From contig OZ024747.1 in the NCBI GenBank assembly GCA_964016885.1, forward strand, positions 70,804,001 to 70,868,000: a stretch of DNA of 64,000 nt. Reading direction: 5' to 3'. This DNA is from Eledone cirrhosa. Its lineage: Eukaryota. Below are positions 37,799-50,815 of this stretch, in pieces (position 1 is the stretch's first letter; each line of letters opens with the position of its first letter). The notes under the pieces were generated by a model. It was not told the DNA's origin. It searched no databases and was given only the letters and a program-made list of their open reading frames with translations. The position numbers and the translations under genes were made by a program.

Positions 37799-40700
37799 AC
37801 CCAGATGCGGATTTTTCGATATGTGACCAATGAATGTCTTCGTGATCGTCTTCACAGAACAAAATGTTTATGTCTATTGCTCTACGAGATCAATGAATGT
37901 CACAGCGATTGACTTCAAAGAGAAAATTCTTTATGCGTGTTGCTATATTAAATCAATGAATGTTTTACCAATCGTCTTCAAAGAGTAAATTGTTTATGTG
38001 TATTGGTATACGAGATCAATAAATGTCTAATCGATCGACTCCATAAAGCAAATTATTTATGCTTAAAAGTCGCATGTATGAAAAGGGGATATCATTTCCT
38101 CACAAAAATGTATATCAGTTGTACCTTTTAGAGTCTATCGAAATTTGTAAATCTGCAACGCTAGGAAAAAACAAAAACAAACAAACTAATAAACAAACAA
38201 ACAAGTCGTTTGTACGACGCTTTAGTGATGGAAAACGAAGGAAAGATATCCAAACGTGTTAAGAGGGTTAAGTTTATGAAAACTGAAAAACTTGATGAAA
38301 ACAAGATAAGTATTTAGAATAACGAAAACGAGCCAGCAAAACTTTTGGAAAATTGTATGAAAAATACTTTTTTTTTTATTCAATACATAGAAAATTCATT
38401 ATATGTTAAATATTTACACAGATATATTGATTTTTAACTTATCCTGAAATTATGTTAGAAGACACTTTCTATAATTATCCCGCAGCGCGTTAGAACTTGG
38501 GACCACGTGCTTTTGAAGCAAAGTTCATAGCCACACATTCATGCTTGTGCACCTTTGTGTATATCGCTTTACCTTTCGGTTCGACGATGATGTTCAAGTT
38601 GTTTGATCAACAACATGATCTGCTCTTAATATTAACCTGTAAGTGACTGAGCATTCCGTAGATATGTATATCTTCAACGTAATTCTCAGGGTGATTCAGC
38701 GCGACTCAATGTGTAAATAGGCTGATCCTTTGAATTACAGGTACAGTTCATCGCATAGACTTCCGAAATTTTCTATCTACCCAACTGCACTCGCAAGCTT
38801 CAGTTTGACACATGTTTCAAAATGCAATGCAATGGAATCGAACCCAGAACTTAATAATTGCAAGGTGAATGTCTTAACGATTAGGACCTGGTACCTCTAC
38901 ACTGAGAGAAATAAATATTAATTATTAAACAATAATATCATTACATTTTTAAAAAATGATTTTTTTCTACGAAGTGAAACATCAGAACCTGACGTTGAAA
39001 AAATGATATTTAAATGAAACAAAACGAAGGAGACGGAAAGAAAAAAGAGAATTAAGCAACGAAGGAAAGTGAGAGAGAGAGCAGGAGGGGCAGATCTACA
39101 CCCCAGTCTGATTGGAGATTCGGCCGTGCCAGAGTATATTGTATAATTTAATTAGCAACATTGCTCAGATATTTCCAATCCCTTCGTTGGTATTGAAAGG
39201 TAGCAATTGTAACCTAGTGCTGGAAATGTAATGAAAATGTAATCTCATTTATATAATTGTATATGATTGATCTGGGATGCAGTGCAATACCAGTAATTAT
39301 ATAAGAAATGAAACAATATTCACCTGTTATCATAACAATTCGACCAGTTATGATTCCCTATCACTAAAGATATTTTCTGTTTACTGCGAAACCATTTAGT
39401 ATTCAAATTCACACTATATGAGGGATACATCACTGTACCTATTTACCTTCATTCGTTGAGATTATAAGGAATAAAATGAAGAGCTATTTTTCTTTAGATA
39501 AATAAAGAAAACAAATAAAAATATTTTCGAACGCGTAATCAATTATCAACTTCGCTTACAAGGAGTTTTGAAAATCTTTTGACACTGCGAAAATGGGAAT
39601 TATACAAAACATTGACGTTCAGCAATGTTTCCATAATAGGGTCACTGATTTCTACCAATGAGTATATTAAGGTAAGCTGTTAGAATCATATAAATGCCCA
39701 AATGAAATTCGTCACCAAAAATCTATTAGCAAATAAGCAGAGAATGAAAAACAGGATGCTATTACCTGACATTTCAGTAACACAATAATTAGTTCTGAAG
39801 GGAAAGACAAAGACACCTCAAAAGATAGATGTGAATAAATACACTATCAAGTATATCAGTCACGACAACGTGAACCACCTACTATTTGAAATGCCTTTTG
39901 TTATAGCAACCCAAAAGCTATAGTGTTTCTAGAAATATTAACCTAAATTGTATGGCGATGTCACTTAAGGTGACAATAATGTGGTTTCCTAATGCTAAAG
40001 ATTTTCTTTATGAATCGCTACTGTTTAATTAAGGCTAATGCATTCAAAACTTCTTTTGAAATCTAGAAATGTTTGCAGAAATAAGCGGAGATAAGAATGC
40101 AATGATTACTTCCTATTACGAAATACCATTCATGAATGATGTGATCATATCTTAACAGAGTAGAATTATGTGTCCACATCCGATTGAAAGATATGTTATT
40201 CTAGTCAAAATATATGCTGCTTAGTGAAGTCACTATGAAAGCAATTAAGTTTTCTTACAGTTGTGAGGTTGCATGGACTAATGTTTATCTGTTCCCGTTG
40301 ATAGCATTAGAAAACAATGAAAATTGTAGCTTATCTTTTACTAGGTCACTGGGCCGCCACTTTAAAGACTTATATTTCGTTCAGAGCAATTCATCCTTTT
40401 GATATCCATTCCTCTCAAGGCAATTGGCTACGGTAAGGACGTTTAGATTCGAGGAGTGGAATGAAATGGTTCAACCAGAAATCCAGGCTATGTCAAAGAA
40501 TTTTCTACCCCCCGCCTACGAATATTCCAGAGTAAAGGATCTTTACTGTATTTGTGCAATTTTAAAAAGCGTTAAATATATCATTCTATAGGTATTCCTA
40601 ATTTATTGGTAATAAGATAGTGTTGCTTTCCCTCTTCAGGCTATGAAAAGCGTTGATAGTAATTTGATTTTCATCAATCGTGAACATCAGAAGAAAAACG

Positions 40701-42249
40701 CATCCTTTGAAGACACAAGTATTTGTTTCTCTATGTCTATAAATGTGAGTTCTTTCAGTGGGTACCCCTACAATTTATTCAGAAACTACACATAAGGAGA
40801 CCGGCAACATCTTTCAACTTTCTGCTTGTATGAGCCAGCGAAGAAGACCTCTACAATGTAGCTAGGTCAAATCTCCCCGCCTCAACCCTCATCCATAAAT
40901 AAATGCAACGAAACTATACGGATTTCCAGACGTTGACCGAAAAGCCGTGACTGTCCTTTTTTTTTCTCAAGTTTTATCCGTTGTCATTGTCTTGTGTCCA
41001 CCTCTCTCCATTGATACCTATTCGATATGGTCTTAGCTAAGAGGGTCTTTATTGATTCAGTATTGAGATACTGTATACATAACTAACAGCACTTAACTAT
41101 AGTACCTTTATAACTAGCTAAATTGATTTACCATCAACTTATTTTGGCTTTTTAGAATTTGAAGTCGTCTTCATTACAATCTGAACAACTAAAATATAAA
41201 TGTAATCTACCTTTGAGAAATGACCCAATGAAACATTGAGGCGATAATGCCTTTCCCAAAGTAATTATGTCGTGACTAGTGTTAAGTTCACCTTTGTATC
41301 TATGTAAGGAATCTGTGTTTTAAGCACAGCTGGGAAACAAATCAACGAAACAATATTTTACACATATTTTGGATTTGTGCCATACTGTTTCAATGTGAGA
41401 TGATATTAATTCACTTGTCAAACAAACTCACCGTTAAAATGTCTATATCCTGTTTCTAATCTATGTGTATGCGTGTGTATGATTTTAAGCGTGCGGGCGT
41501 GTTTGTGAGTGAGTGCAAATGTATGAGCAAAGCACGCTCAGTGAGAACACATGACTGAAGTTCTTTTGTTGAATGCAACACAATTCAATGAATGCGTGAC
41601 TTCTGTGATCTATCAGTATGATCTGTAGAAATTTTAGTTCATTTACAACTATGACCACGACAATCACTGTTTGTGTTTATATGATTTTTCCATAAATGCT
41701 CACTTCACCAACTAGACAAATTGCCGTGAAATAATATCATTATTCAAGATTGCGTTCTTATACGTTGCTTATTTTTGCACATCGTTATCTTTTTTTTTTT
41801 AGTCTTTGTTCTTTTTTTCTTTTCTTCTATGCACGTCTTCGGTTTTGCATCGTTTGCTATAAACCTTCCTGAAACTATTCCAATAGATCTGTCTATAAAG
41901 CAGTACGTAGGCATTCTTCGAGCGTTTACGGATCGGCTCCCTTTCAGGCGTATATGGTTCGGTAAACTCTACATCTTCCCATTTCACGTTGAGTGGATAG
42001 ATAGGAAACATTTTATTGGCCAATAAAAGGTCAACGCTTCATTTTTCTTTATTTTCCAAGATTTATTTTTCTTATGGTTTCTTTATATCATGATTTGGGA
42101 AACGGTAACTCTATCTCCGTCAAGCAAGATTCCATCATTATAGGACAACATTGTCCAATGTGTTTTTCTATTTTTGACTGTATAGCTCGATTTCAGAGAA
42201 TTTCGCTACTATTTCTTGCTGGTGGTCTTACCTCGCAGACGCCTCAATA

Positions 42250-42830
42250 TTATTCAGAGTAGAACATTGGTAGAATCGTCAGAGCGTCAGACTAAATATT
42301 TTGCAGTATTTAAGTACGTCACCTCCTCGTTCTAATTTTATGTCCCACTTGTCACTTCTCAATTAAGATTCTCTTCCCACCTTAACACAAACCACATCTT
42401 GTCTTTAAGCTAGAAATCATTCGAACTATTGCTTTACGTTTTGAGTTCAAATCCCACTGACGTCAACATTGCGTTTAATCCTTCCCGTATCGATATAATC
42501 GGATTGTTGATTCTGAGCGTATTGGCAGTATCGGTAGAGGGTTGGACATCATGCTTTGCAGCATAGAGTTACGCCCCTTTACGATCTGAGTTCAAATCCC
42601 GCCTAGGTTAACTTTGCCTTTCATCCTTATGGGGTCGATAAAATAAAGTACCAGTAATGCACTAGTATAATTGTTGGCCTTGTGCCAAAAGTAGAAGCAA
42701 TTATTATGATTAGCGTAAAAGCGGTGGATTAACAGATTCGTTAAAGCGTTGGACAAAATTATTTGCAGCATTCAGTTACGGCCTCTTACGTTCTGGGGTC
42801 AAATCATATCGAGCGCAACTATACATTTAT
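42250..42830 (+). mobile_element. Cluster of tandem/nested tRNA-derived SINEs
   Basis: Repeated heads (TTGGCAG/GTAGAATCG...AGAGCGT), B-box GAGTTCAAATCC at about 42443 and 42588, and core CTTTCATCCTTATGGGGTCGATAAAATAAAGTACC. Confidence 0.8.
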
Positions 42831-43419
42831 CATTTTCTCCTGTGTATGGTTTTTCTGCTACCTTCAACTTACAAATATTCAATAAGATATGAATCGCATC
42901 GGTCTGTAAGGTCCTCGAGCAGAGCCCTTTCTTTCAGATATAATCAATAAAAGAAACTTCTCTTCCTTCCCCACAAGAATGAAAGATAAGGTCGACTATG
43001 ACGTGATTTGAAATTTGAATTCAAGATATAAATGTTTATATATAAATAATTCGATGTAGTTTGTTTGGCGTTCAACGATTTCGAACAAAATATTTTAAGT
43101 TCCTATTGCCATCATTATTCCGTGGACTATAAAATTAATATTGCTACCTTTTCTCTCTTTCCCACACAAATATTTAGTCTTTTGAGAATGTTAAAAAATA
43201 TAATTGATAATAAAGTGGGGAATAAGTATCAATCATCTTCTGATGTCAATTTAACTTTCCTTCTTCTGGGATCGGTAAAAATAAAGTACCAATCATGTAT
43301 TGGTGTTGATATAATAATCTGCTCCTTTCCAACACATACGTGGTGTAGCTATGTAAGAAATTATCAAGAGTGGTGGATTGTCAGAATCATTTGAGCATCT
43401 GATAAAATGCTTTGCAGTG

Positions 43420-43700
43420 GAGGCGCTTGGCCTGATGGTAACGGTGTTTGACTTACGATAATAATGCAGTGGGTTCGATTCCTCGACTGGGTTGTGTTGT
43501 ATTCTTGAGAAAAACACTTCGTTTCACGTTGCTACAGTATAGTCATCTGAAAATGAGTACCAGCAATTGCTAGGGTTTTAACCTTGCGATGGACTAGTGT
43601 TCTGTCTAGAGGGCAGTATTGTATTATCAGTCATTTCACGCCATGGGAAACGGGATAAGCACCGGCCTGATGATCCTTCAGACACGAGACAGACTTTAAA
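43420..43700 (+). mobile_element. tRNA-derived SINE
   Basis: A-box TGGCCTGATGG, B-box GGTTCGATTCC, body AACCTTGCGATGGACTAG. Confidence 0.8.
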
Positions 43701-43879
43701 AAATGCTTTGTAGTATTTAGTTACTGTCCTTTTCGTTCTGTGTTCAAATACTTTCCGTGGTCGATGCAATAAAGTGCTGCTATTGCACTGTGATCTATTT
43801 ACTCGACTAACTACTCTCGACAGTTTTCTGTTTGTGTGCCTATATGAGAACCAATTTTTATTGTTATTGCTGTTGTTAA

Positions 43880-44085
43880 GGGTGGTAGATTGACAGAATC
43901 GTTAGAGCATAAGACCAATGCATAGTTGTATTTGTTGCGGTTCTTTAAGTTCTGAGGTCAAATCACACCGAGGTTAACTTTACCTTTCATCCTTACGGGA
44001 TCGATAAAATAAAGTACCAGTAACGCGCTGGGGTTGATTTTCCCCTTCCCCCTAAATGTTGGCCCTGTACCTAAACCAGAAACCG
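43880..44085 (+). mobile_element. tRNA-derived SINE
   Basis: Core GAGGTTAACTTTACCTTTCATCCTTACGGGATCGATAAAATAAAGTACCAG. Confidence 0.8.
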
Positions 44086-45454
44086 ATATTACTGTTGTTG
44101 TTGTTGTTGTGGGTATCAAACTGTGCAGTGGCAGATAGACGAAACTCTGTAGGCAAAAGAAACTCATAGAATGCTATGTCCCCAGTGTTGTTTCCATTTT
44201 TATTTCAAATAATTTATTTCATTACTTTATTTTGTTATTGATGCTGGGGAAAGAGCCAACATCATAAATTCACATTTCGTCCTTAAAATATAAGGTATTT
44301 GTGTCTATTAAAAAAAAAAAAAATAAATAAAAAAAAACGATGTATTTGGGCAATTTCGATTCAGAGCTTCACTATTAAATATCGTATTTCGTATGTCATA
44401 TTCTCTTAAATTTAGTTATACAAACAGCTTCTATTGTATATGAAATTAGTATGAATTTTCTATGTTTTTATTTCCAAATGTAGGTTGCTTTAAACACATT
44501 TTATCTCTGTTTCGTTCATCCCAGTGGGGAAATTTGACCAATTATTTGGTTGTCTCACATGTTTATTCTTCTGTTTTATCTAATTCTATTTCTTTGGGTT
44601 AGTATATTGACGCGTTATGGTCAATTCAAACAAAAATGAATGAATCATTTATAGATGGCATCAACTGAAATCAAAACAGCTGTGTCTCTTAGGAGTATTA
44701 CTTATCAACACGTTTGATGTGTATCACATTGGTAAAATGAATTAAAGAACTAGTTACTAAATAAGAAAGAAAAAAATCCGTTTCCTTTTGTGCCATGCAT
44801 ATTTTCTAAACTAAATTATGAATGAACTCAGAGCCTATATAATTGTGTTGATTCATTTCAACTATCATTGGAATCTTTTCTTATTCTTTGTATATGTTAT
44901 CTGAGTCATTTCATTAACTAAAACTAATGTAGACACGAAAGAAATAAACTTATGGTGTTTCACTTGTTTGAGTCTGTCATTTTAGTTCAGATGTTTGAGA
45001 TAAGAGTTTATCTTGTTGCATTTATTGAATGTTTAACGAGTGCAAATCGCCAGCCAAGATATCAGTAGTTTGTATCCATTGATCAGCACCATATTGACGA
45101 CGTATTTACGCGTCACATCCATAGCGTCGCTGCTTAAACAACTCCTTTATTTGCATAGCCTCCGGTCGAACCCAGCCTTGTGAGTGAAATTGCGTCGACT
45201 AAAACTTTGTGAAAGAGGGTCAGATGAAATATACTTGTAATTATTATGTCACGTTAGTTCCGTTGGAAGATATTATTAAGAATACATTTACACGTTAAGT
45301 TAATGTGTAGGACGTTCAGTTGGTCGAACATCAGAATGCTCATCTTTAAAACTGACTGAAAGATCACTCAGTGGCGCTGTGATCGAAACAATTCACTGTC
45401 AACAGCTGAGTTCAACAAACTTGTATATATAATACTCTATTAAGAAAGTGGTAG

Positions 45455-45660
45455 TAATGGCACAAGTCCATCAATTTTTGGGGGAGGGAAAATTGATTAA
45501 ATCGACCACAATACGTTACTGGTACTTTATGTTATCGACCCCGTAAGGATGAAAGGCAAAGCTAACCTCGGCAGGATTTGAACTCAGATCGTAAAGGAGC
45601 GTAACCTTATGCCATGAATCATGTTGTCCAACGCTCCACTGATACTGCTAATCACCGCCC
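45455..45660 (-). mobile_element. tRNA-derived SINE
   Basis: Reverse complement of the same core plus a B-box (GGATTTGAACTC on plus). Confidence 0.8.
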
Positions 45661-45753
45661 GTTTCACACTTAACATTAAAACAAAATAAAACAAAATTGT
45701 AAAAAAAAAATAAAATTGCGTCTTTAATAGCTATCAAGGCTCCATGCTGCAGT

Positions 45754-45839
<86 letters not shown>

Positions 45840-46456
45840 CGTAAAGTAAATGTAAAGGTTTTCTTGAAAAAGTCCAACAAGACTCAAAACAAGAAAGAAG
45901 AGAAAGAATGGAAACTAAAGCATGCATACTGGTCACCTTTATAGTTTTATTACTTCAATATAAGATATATGTCTATAGTTTTGTAACTTCGCTGTCAGAG
46001 GCATGTTTTTATTTCCGACATGGGGAGGTTAGTGGGATCTTTCATTTGGATTGATTTATTTATGTGACAACTTAAGATAAGAACGATTTCCTATAGATCG
46101 CAACAGTTTCGGTAATATTGTGTTGAAAGACTTTGTAAATGTTTCCAATTGCTTTTGCTACGTCAGATCTTTTTCTTTTTTTTATCTTACTTATCCCATG
46201 CTGGTATATTGTGTAGTAGTGCAGTGTTTTATGAATGTATCTAATAATGGTGTATGTATATATTTATAAATAGATACATAGAGGTGTATATGCGTATGGT
46301 TAAATATATGTTCATCTGAGCAGGTGGATAGCTTTTGGGTATGTGTATATATATATATATATATACATAGTTTATAGATATCCACTCAACACACTCACAC
46401 TTATGTATAAATGTATGTACGTATGAATACACACACATATATATATATATATATAT

Positions 46457-47573
46457 ACTAGCTAGAAAAATGCGTACAGCAAAAAAAAGTAATATTGTTG
46501 GAACAAACCTTTAAAAATACAGGACAAGGAAGTAAGATAAACCTTTAAAAATACAGGACAAAGAACTAAGATAAAACTTTAAAAGAATAGGACAAGGAAT
46601 ATAAATTTTTACAATAATATTAGTGGCAAAATTCAATTGGTAAAAAATTGAGTTTCCATCATTACACCAATTACAACTATGATGTTCCGCATGCATCCAC
46701 TCCAACCATGATCACTTGTCTGTCATCTTTCCCGGTCCAACTCCTCGCGGATGACCCGGCGCAACTCGGACTGGGTCGGAGCAGGAACTGGAGGGGGAGA
46801 GGGAGGGGTACGGGTCTTGACTCTGGGACGATGACGGCGAGTGACCAAGGTGAATGGGCCCGTGTTCGACTCGGAATCCTGCTGGTCCTCGATGACACTT
46901 TGAGGCACGGTTGACGGTTCCGGACTGGCTTCATGGGCAGTGGTAGAAGGGCAGGTGGATAGGGCAGAGTGCTTCTTCCTGGGAGAGCACTTGAAGCAGG
47001 TGAAGCCGGCGCCGGACTCGTTGAACCACTTCCAGACAGCACTGGGCATGTTGGCGCAGCAATGATGAAAGTTGAAGCAGGCGACGAGGGGGGAGGAGGT
47101 GGAGGCGTTGGTGCAGGAGCAACAGACTGCTGATTTGGGAGTCATTGTAGCTGGGGGATGCAGGCGCTGAGGGGGCTCGAGTAGAAGGGAAGAACAGAAA
47201 TGAACCATGATGACTTTTCCTACATTTTTCCTGGCCCACTTCCTCATGAACCAATGAACCAGTTGGTACAACTCGGACTTGGAGGAGGAACACAAGACAG
47301 GGATCAATTTCATTGTATTGATATTTCTCATTAAGTAATTTCATGTTACTCAAATAAATCACTTTTATTTGATCAATTATCTATTTTTACCAATTGAATT
47401 TTGCCACTAATATTATTGTAAAAATTTATATTCCTTGTCCTATTCTTTTAAAGTTTTATCTTAGTTCTTTGTCCTGTATTTTTAAAGGTTTATCTTACTT
47501 CCTTGTCATGTATTTTTAAAGGTTTGTTCCAACAATATTACTTTTTTTTGCTGTACGCATTTTTCTAGCTAGT
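46457..47573. repeat. 190-bp near-perfect inverted repeat enclosing a roughly 740-bp, largely GC-rich insert
   Basis: 46457-46646 versus 47384-47573, one mismatch noticed. Begins ACTAGCTAG directly after (TA)n. Confidence 0.95.
46690..47145 (-). pseudogene. LINE ORF1-like fragment with a degenerate PHD finger
   Basis: MTPKSAVCCSC...LVACFNFHHCC...W...FTCFKC, a Pro-rich linker, then ELRRVIREELDRER with frameshifted RQVIMVGV, resembling CR1/L2-group ORF1 organisation. Confidence 0.55.
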
Positions 47574-48037
47574 TTCCTATTTTTCAAGGCAATGCAAACA
47601 ACAACTACTTAATTAAATAGTTATTACTTTAGTTACTTCTATCAAAAAATCCCAAAAATGATGTTAATGAAAACTATAGGTGAAAGTGAAGCTATTCTTT
47701 TGTGACCTCTTAGTTACTTGTACCAATTTTGAATTTAATTCAAGCTACAGTGTCAGCCTGTGCATTGGAGTCACAGAAATAAGTTGAGATATTTTATCTA
47801 ATTGGTACAAGCATCCACTCCACATGGCGGGGACATAGGTCAGATCGTGGAGCACTCACCTATCTTAAAAATATTAACTTATGATAAATAAGAGTCATTT
47901 AAGAAAATACAATTTTTTTAAATTAGTAGGTGAGCATTAACAACTGAATCTAAATGGAGCAAATTTGCACCATTTGCATTTAGTTGAAAATAACATTTTA
48001 ATTAAACATGACAAATTCTAATGCAATAGAAGGCAAA

Positions 48038-48305
48038 TATCAATTTTCACATGCAAATTTTTTTGGGATTTTTTTCACGCGCGCCATTTTTGGTCGATTT
48101 TTTGTCAATTTTTCACATGCAAATTTTTTTGGGTTTTTTTGATTTTTTTTCACGCGCACCATTTTTGTCGATTTTTTGTCAATTTTTCACATGATAATTT
48201 TTTTTTGGATTTTTGGATTTTCTTCACGCACGCCATTTTTGTCGATTTTTTGTCAATTTTTCACATGATAATTTTTTTTGGATTTTTGTATTTTCTTCAC
48301 GCGCT
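48038..48305. repeat. About 74-bp T-tract-rich minisatellite, about 3.5 copies
   Basis: GATTTTTTGTCAATTTTTCACATG recurs at about 48097, 48170 and 48244. Confidence 0.9.
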
Positions 48306-48886
48306 TTTTGGTATGCATTATTCATATGTTTTGCTTGTTCTGATTGTCTTTTTTCTTTTATTTCAGCAGCTTTCCGTTTTTTATACTCCCTATTCCTAAT
48401 GGCATTTTTTCTCCGTTTTTCATTCTCTTTATGAATTTTTTGATCTTTGGGACATTCGGAAGCACTATCAGTCTCATTGAATTCAAATTCAGGTCCAGGA
48501 TTTAATTCAACACAACCGATAATAAGCAATGATAAGATCAGTGCACGTGTTCTATATTTCTGATTGGAAATCGGGTAAATTCGTTTATTGGATTTGTAAA
48601 AAGCCGCCTGAATGTGAATTTCATCATTCGAATTGCCCGATTGTGGAATTGTTTCATTCGAAATGGAAATATTGCATTTTCGCGCCAGGCAAAAAAGTAA
48701 TAAGCCGATCAAAAAGCCGCGAAACGTATATGGTGACTTTTTTCGAAAGCCGCGAAACGTATGAAGTGACCTTTTGCGATTTTTTTGGCGACCATTTTGG
48801 CGAGACTTTTGCAGGGAAACAAATTTTTCATTTGTAATAGTCAAAATAAATAAGCCGATAAAAAAGCCGAGAGACGTCATTTTCAT
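48224..48886 (-). CDS. Truncated transposon-like ORF with a 2A-like motif (LLIIGCVELNPGP) followed by a K/R/E-rich helical segment
   Basis: 220-aa ORF with the motif at 48491-48529. Its 3' end runs into the 74-bp minisatellite. Confidence 0.4.
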   Translation of the reverse strand: MKMTSLGFFIGLFILTITNEKFVSLQKSRQNGRQKNRKRSLHTFRGFRKKSPYTFRGFLIGLLLFCLARKCNISISNETIPQSGNSNDEIHIQAAFYKSNKRIYPISNQKYRTRALILSLLIIGCVELNPGPEFEFNETDSASECPKDQKIHKENEKRRKNAIRNREYKKRKAAEIKEKRQSEQAKHMNNAYQKAREENTKIQKKLSCEKLTKNRQKWRA

Positions 48887-49212
48887 ATGTCAAATGAGCA
48901 CACTATTCGCACCTATCGCAAATGAGTTCACTACTCGCACCTATCGGTACAAAAAATAGCACAACTATTCACAACTATTAGTACAAATCCAAATGATTTT
49001 CTGAATTTCTAGTATATCAATCAGCGACTGCTTTGAAAGAGAACAATGCAGTGAGTGATTACTCATTTGAATATAAATAGAAGACAACCTCAACTAGTTT
49101 GCAACGTGTGACCACTTATCGCGAGATAGGAGAACATAATAGCTCCTAATTAGCTCAATGATTAATGTTTACTGCCACATTGTATCAACATTTAAAATTC
49201 AAATTCAAAAAA

Positions 49213-49768
49213 ATAACCGCAGTCACTGGGGGGGGGGGGGTCAAATAACCACCGCACCCCGAATAACCGCAGTCACTAGGGGGGGTTCGAATAAGACCCT
49301 CACCCCAAATAACAGCAGTCACTGGGGGAGGGTTCGAATAAGCGCCTCACCCCGAATAATCGCAGTCACTGTGGGGGGGGGGTTCGAATAAGCGCCGCAC
49401 CCCGAATAACCGCAGTCACTGTGGGGGGGGGTCGAATAAGCGCCTCACCCCGAATAATCGCAGTCACTGGGGGAGGGTTCGAATAAGCGCCGCACCCCGA
49501 ATAACCGCAGTCACTGGGGGGAGGGTTCGAATAAGCGCCGCACCCCGAATAATCGCAGTCACTGGGGGGAGGGTTCGAATAAGCGCCGCACCCCGAATAA
49601 CCGCAGTCACTGGGGGGAGGGTTCGAATAAGCGCCGCACCCCGAATAATCGCAGTCACTGGGGGGAGGGTTCGAATAAGCGGGGGGGGGGGGTTCGAATA
49701 AGCGTCTCACCCCGAATAATCGCAGTCACTGGGGGAGGGTTCGAATAAGCGCCGCACCCCGAATAACC
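49213..49768. repeat. 48-bp GC-rich minisatellite, about 11 copies
   Basis: Unit GAATAA(C/T)CGCAGTCACTGGGGGGAGGGTTCGAATAAGCGCCGCACCCC. Confidence 0.95.
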
Positions 49769-49804
49769 CCTTATCCTCCTCTGACCGGTCCCAAGAGATG
49801 CATC

Positions 49805-50247
49805 AAATGCACAGAGCGTCACCCTTACTCACTCACTTACTCACTTGAACACAGTTTTTTTCAGCAAACTTTGATCATAACTTTTTTTGTGCTGAACGAA
49901 ATTTCGAGATTTTTAGCTTAAGAGATGTGCAATGATTTACTCTCCATGCTCATATAACTTTCATGTGATTTTGATAATCGGAAGACATTCTAATAATGCT
50001 GTAAAGAGACGATTGCCAACGAAATCACTAAGACAACAATATTACTAAACCGACTACCGTCGGTTTAGGATATATATATATATATATACAAATGAAAAAA
50101 TTAATATGTTGCGTACATATCTAAAATCTAATTTGCAAACAAAATGTTCACTTGCATACTATATTGGATATATACCAGATGTAATCTCCGATTTATACAA
50201 TTTAAGTATTTAAATCATATTTGCGTACATGCGTAATGAGTACGAAA

Positions 50248-50290
<43 letters not shown>

Positions 50291-50815
50291 CGTTCATACA
50301 AACATACAAGTATAATCATATTTATGAAGGTTATATGCATTTATACATAGACATTATACATACTTATTTAATAATACCAACACCAGAACCAAACATTTCT
50401 TAATAAAACAACAATAATCATTTATTTCTTGATATTTACACGAAGAAGAAGAAGAAGAAGAAGAAAATGATGATGAGGGGGGGGGGGGGGGAGAAAGAGG
50501 AACAAAACAAGTGGAGGAGGAGGGGGATTATTGGAGTCGGAAGAAGAGAAAATGCACAGAGCGTCACCCTTACTCACTCACTTACTCACTTGAACACAGT
50601 TTTTTTCAGCAAACTTTGATCATAACTTTTTTTGTGCTGAACGAAATTTCGAGATTTTTAGCTTAAGAGATGTGCAATGATTTACTCTCCATGCTCATAT
50701 AACTTTCATGTGATTTTGATAATCGGAAGACATTCTAATAATGCTGTAAAGAGACGATTGCCAACGAAATCACTGAGACAACAATATTACTAAACCGACT
50801 ACCGTCGGTTTAGGA
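49805..50815 (+). repeat. Two near-identical 266-bp direct copies (49805-50070, 50550-50815), each ending in a 10-bp stem-loop then (TA)n
   Basis: One substitution noticed (CACTAAGAC vs CACTGAGAC). Terminal CTAAACCGAC-tacc-GTCGGTTTAG. Confidence 0.93.

Noticed and set aside
36853-37912. Long IYIY/YIYI ORFs (up to 328 aa) and similar HTHT/CVCV ORFs elsewhere
   Set aside because: Translations of stop-free dinucleotide microsatellites, not genes.
43420-43495. tRNA gene candidate with A and B boxes
   Set aside because: No cloverleaf and it continues into a repeated SINE body, so it is a SINE head.
49213-49768. CRISPR-like regular repeats and the SGCGAYSNPPP repeat ORF
   Set aside because: No unique spacers, no cas genes and a eukaryotic context. 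The ORF is a by-product of the 48-bp period.
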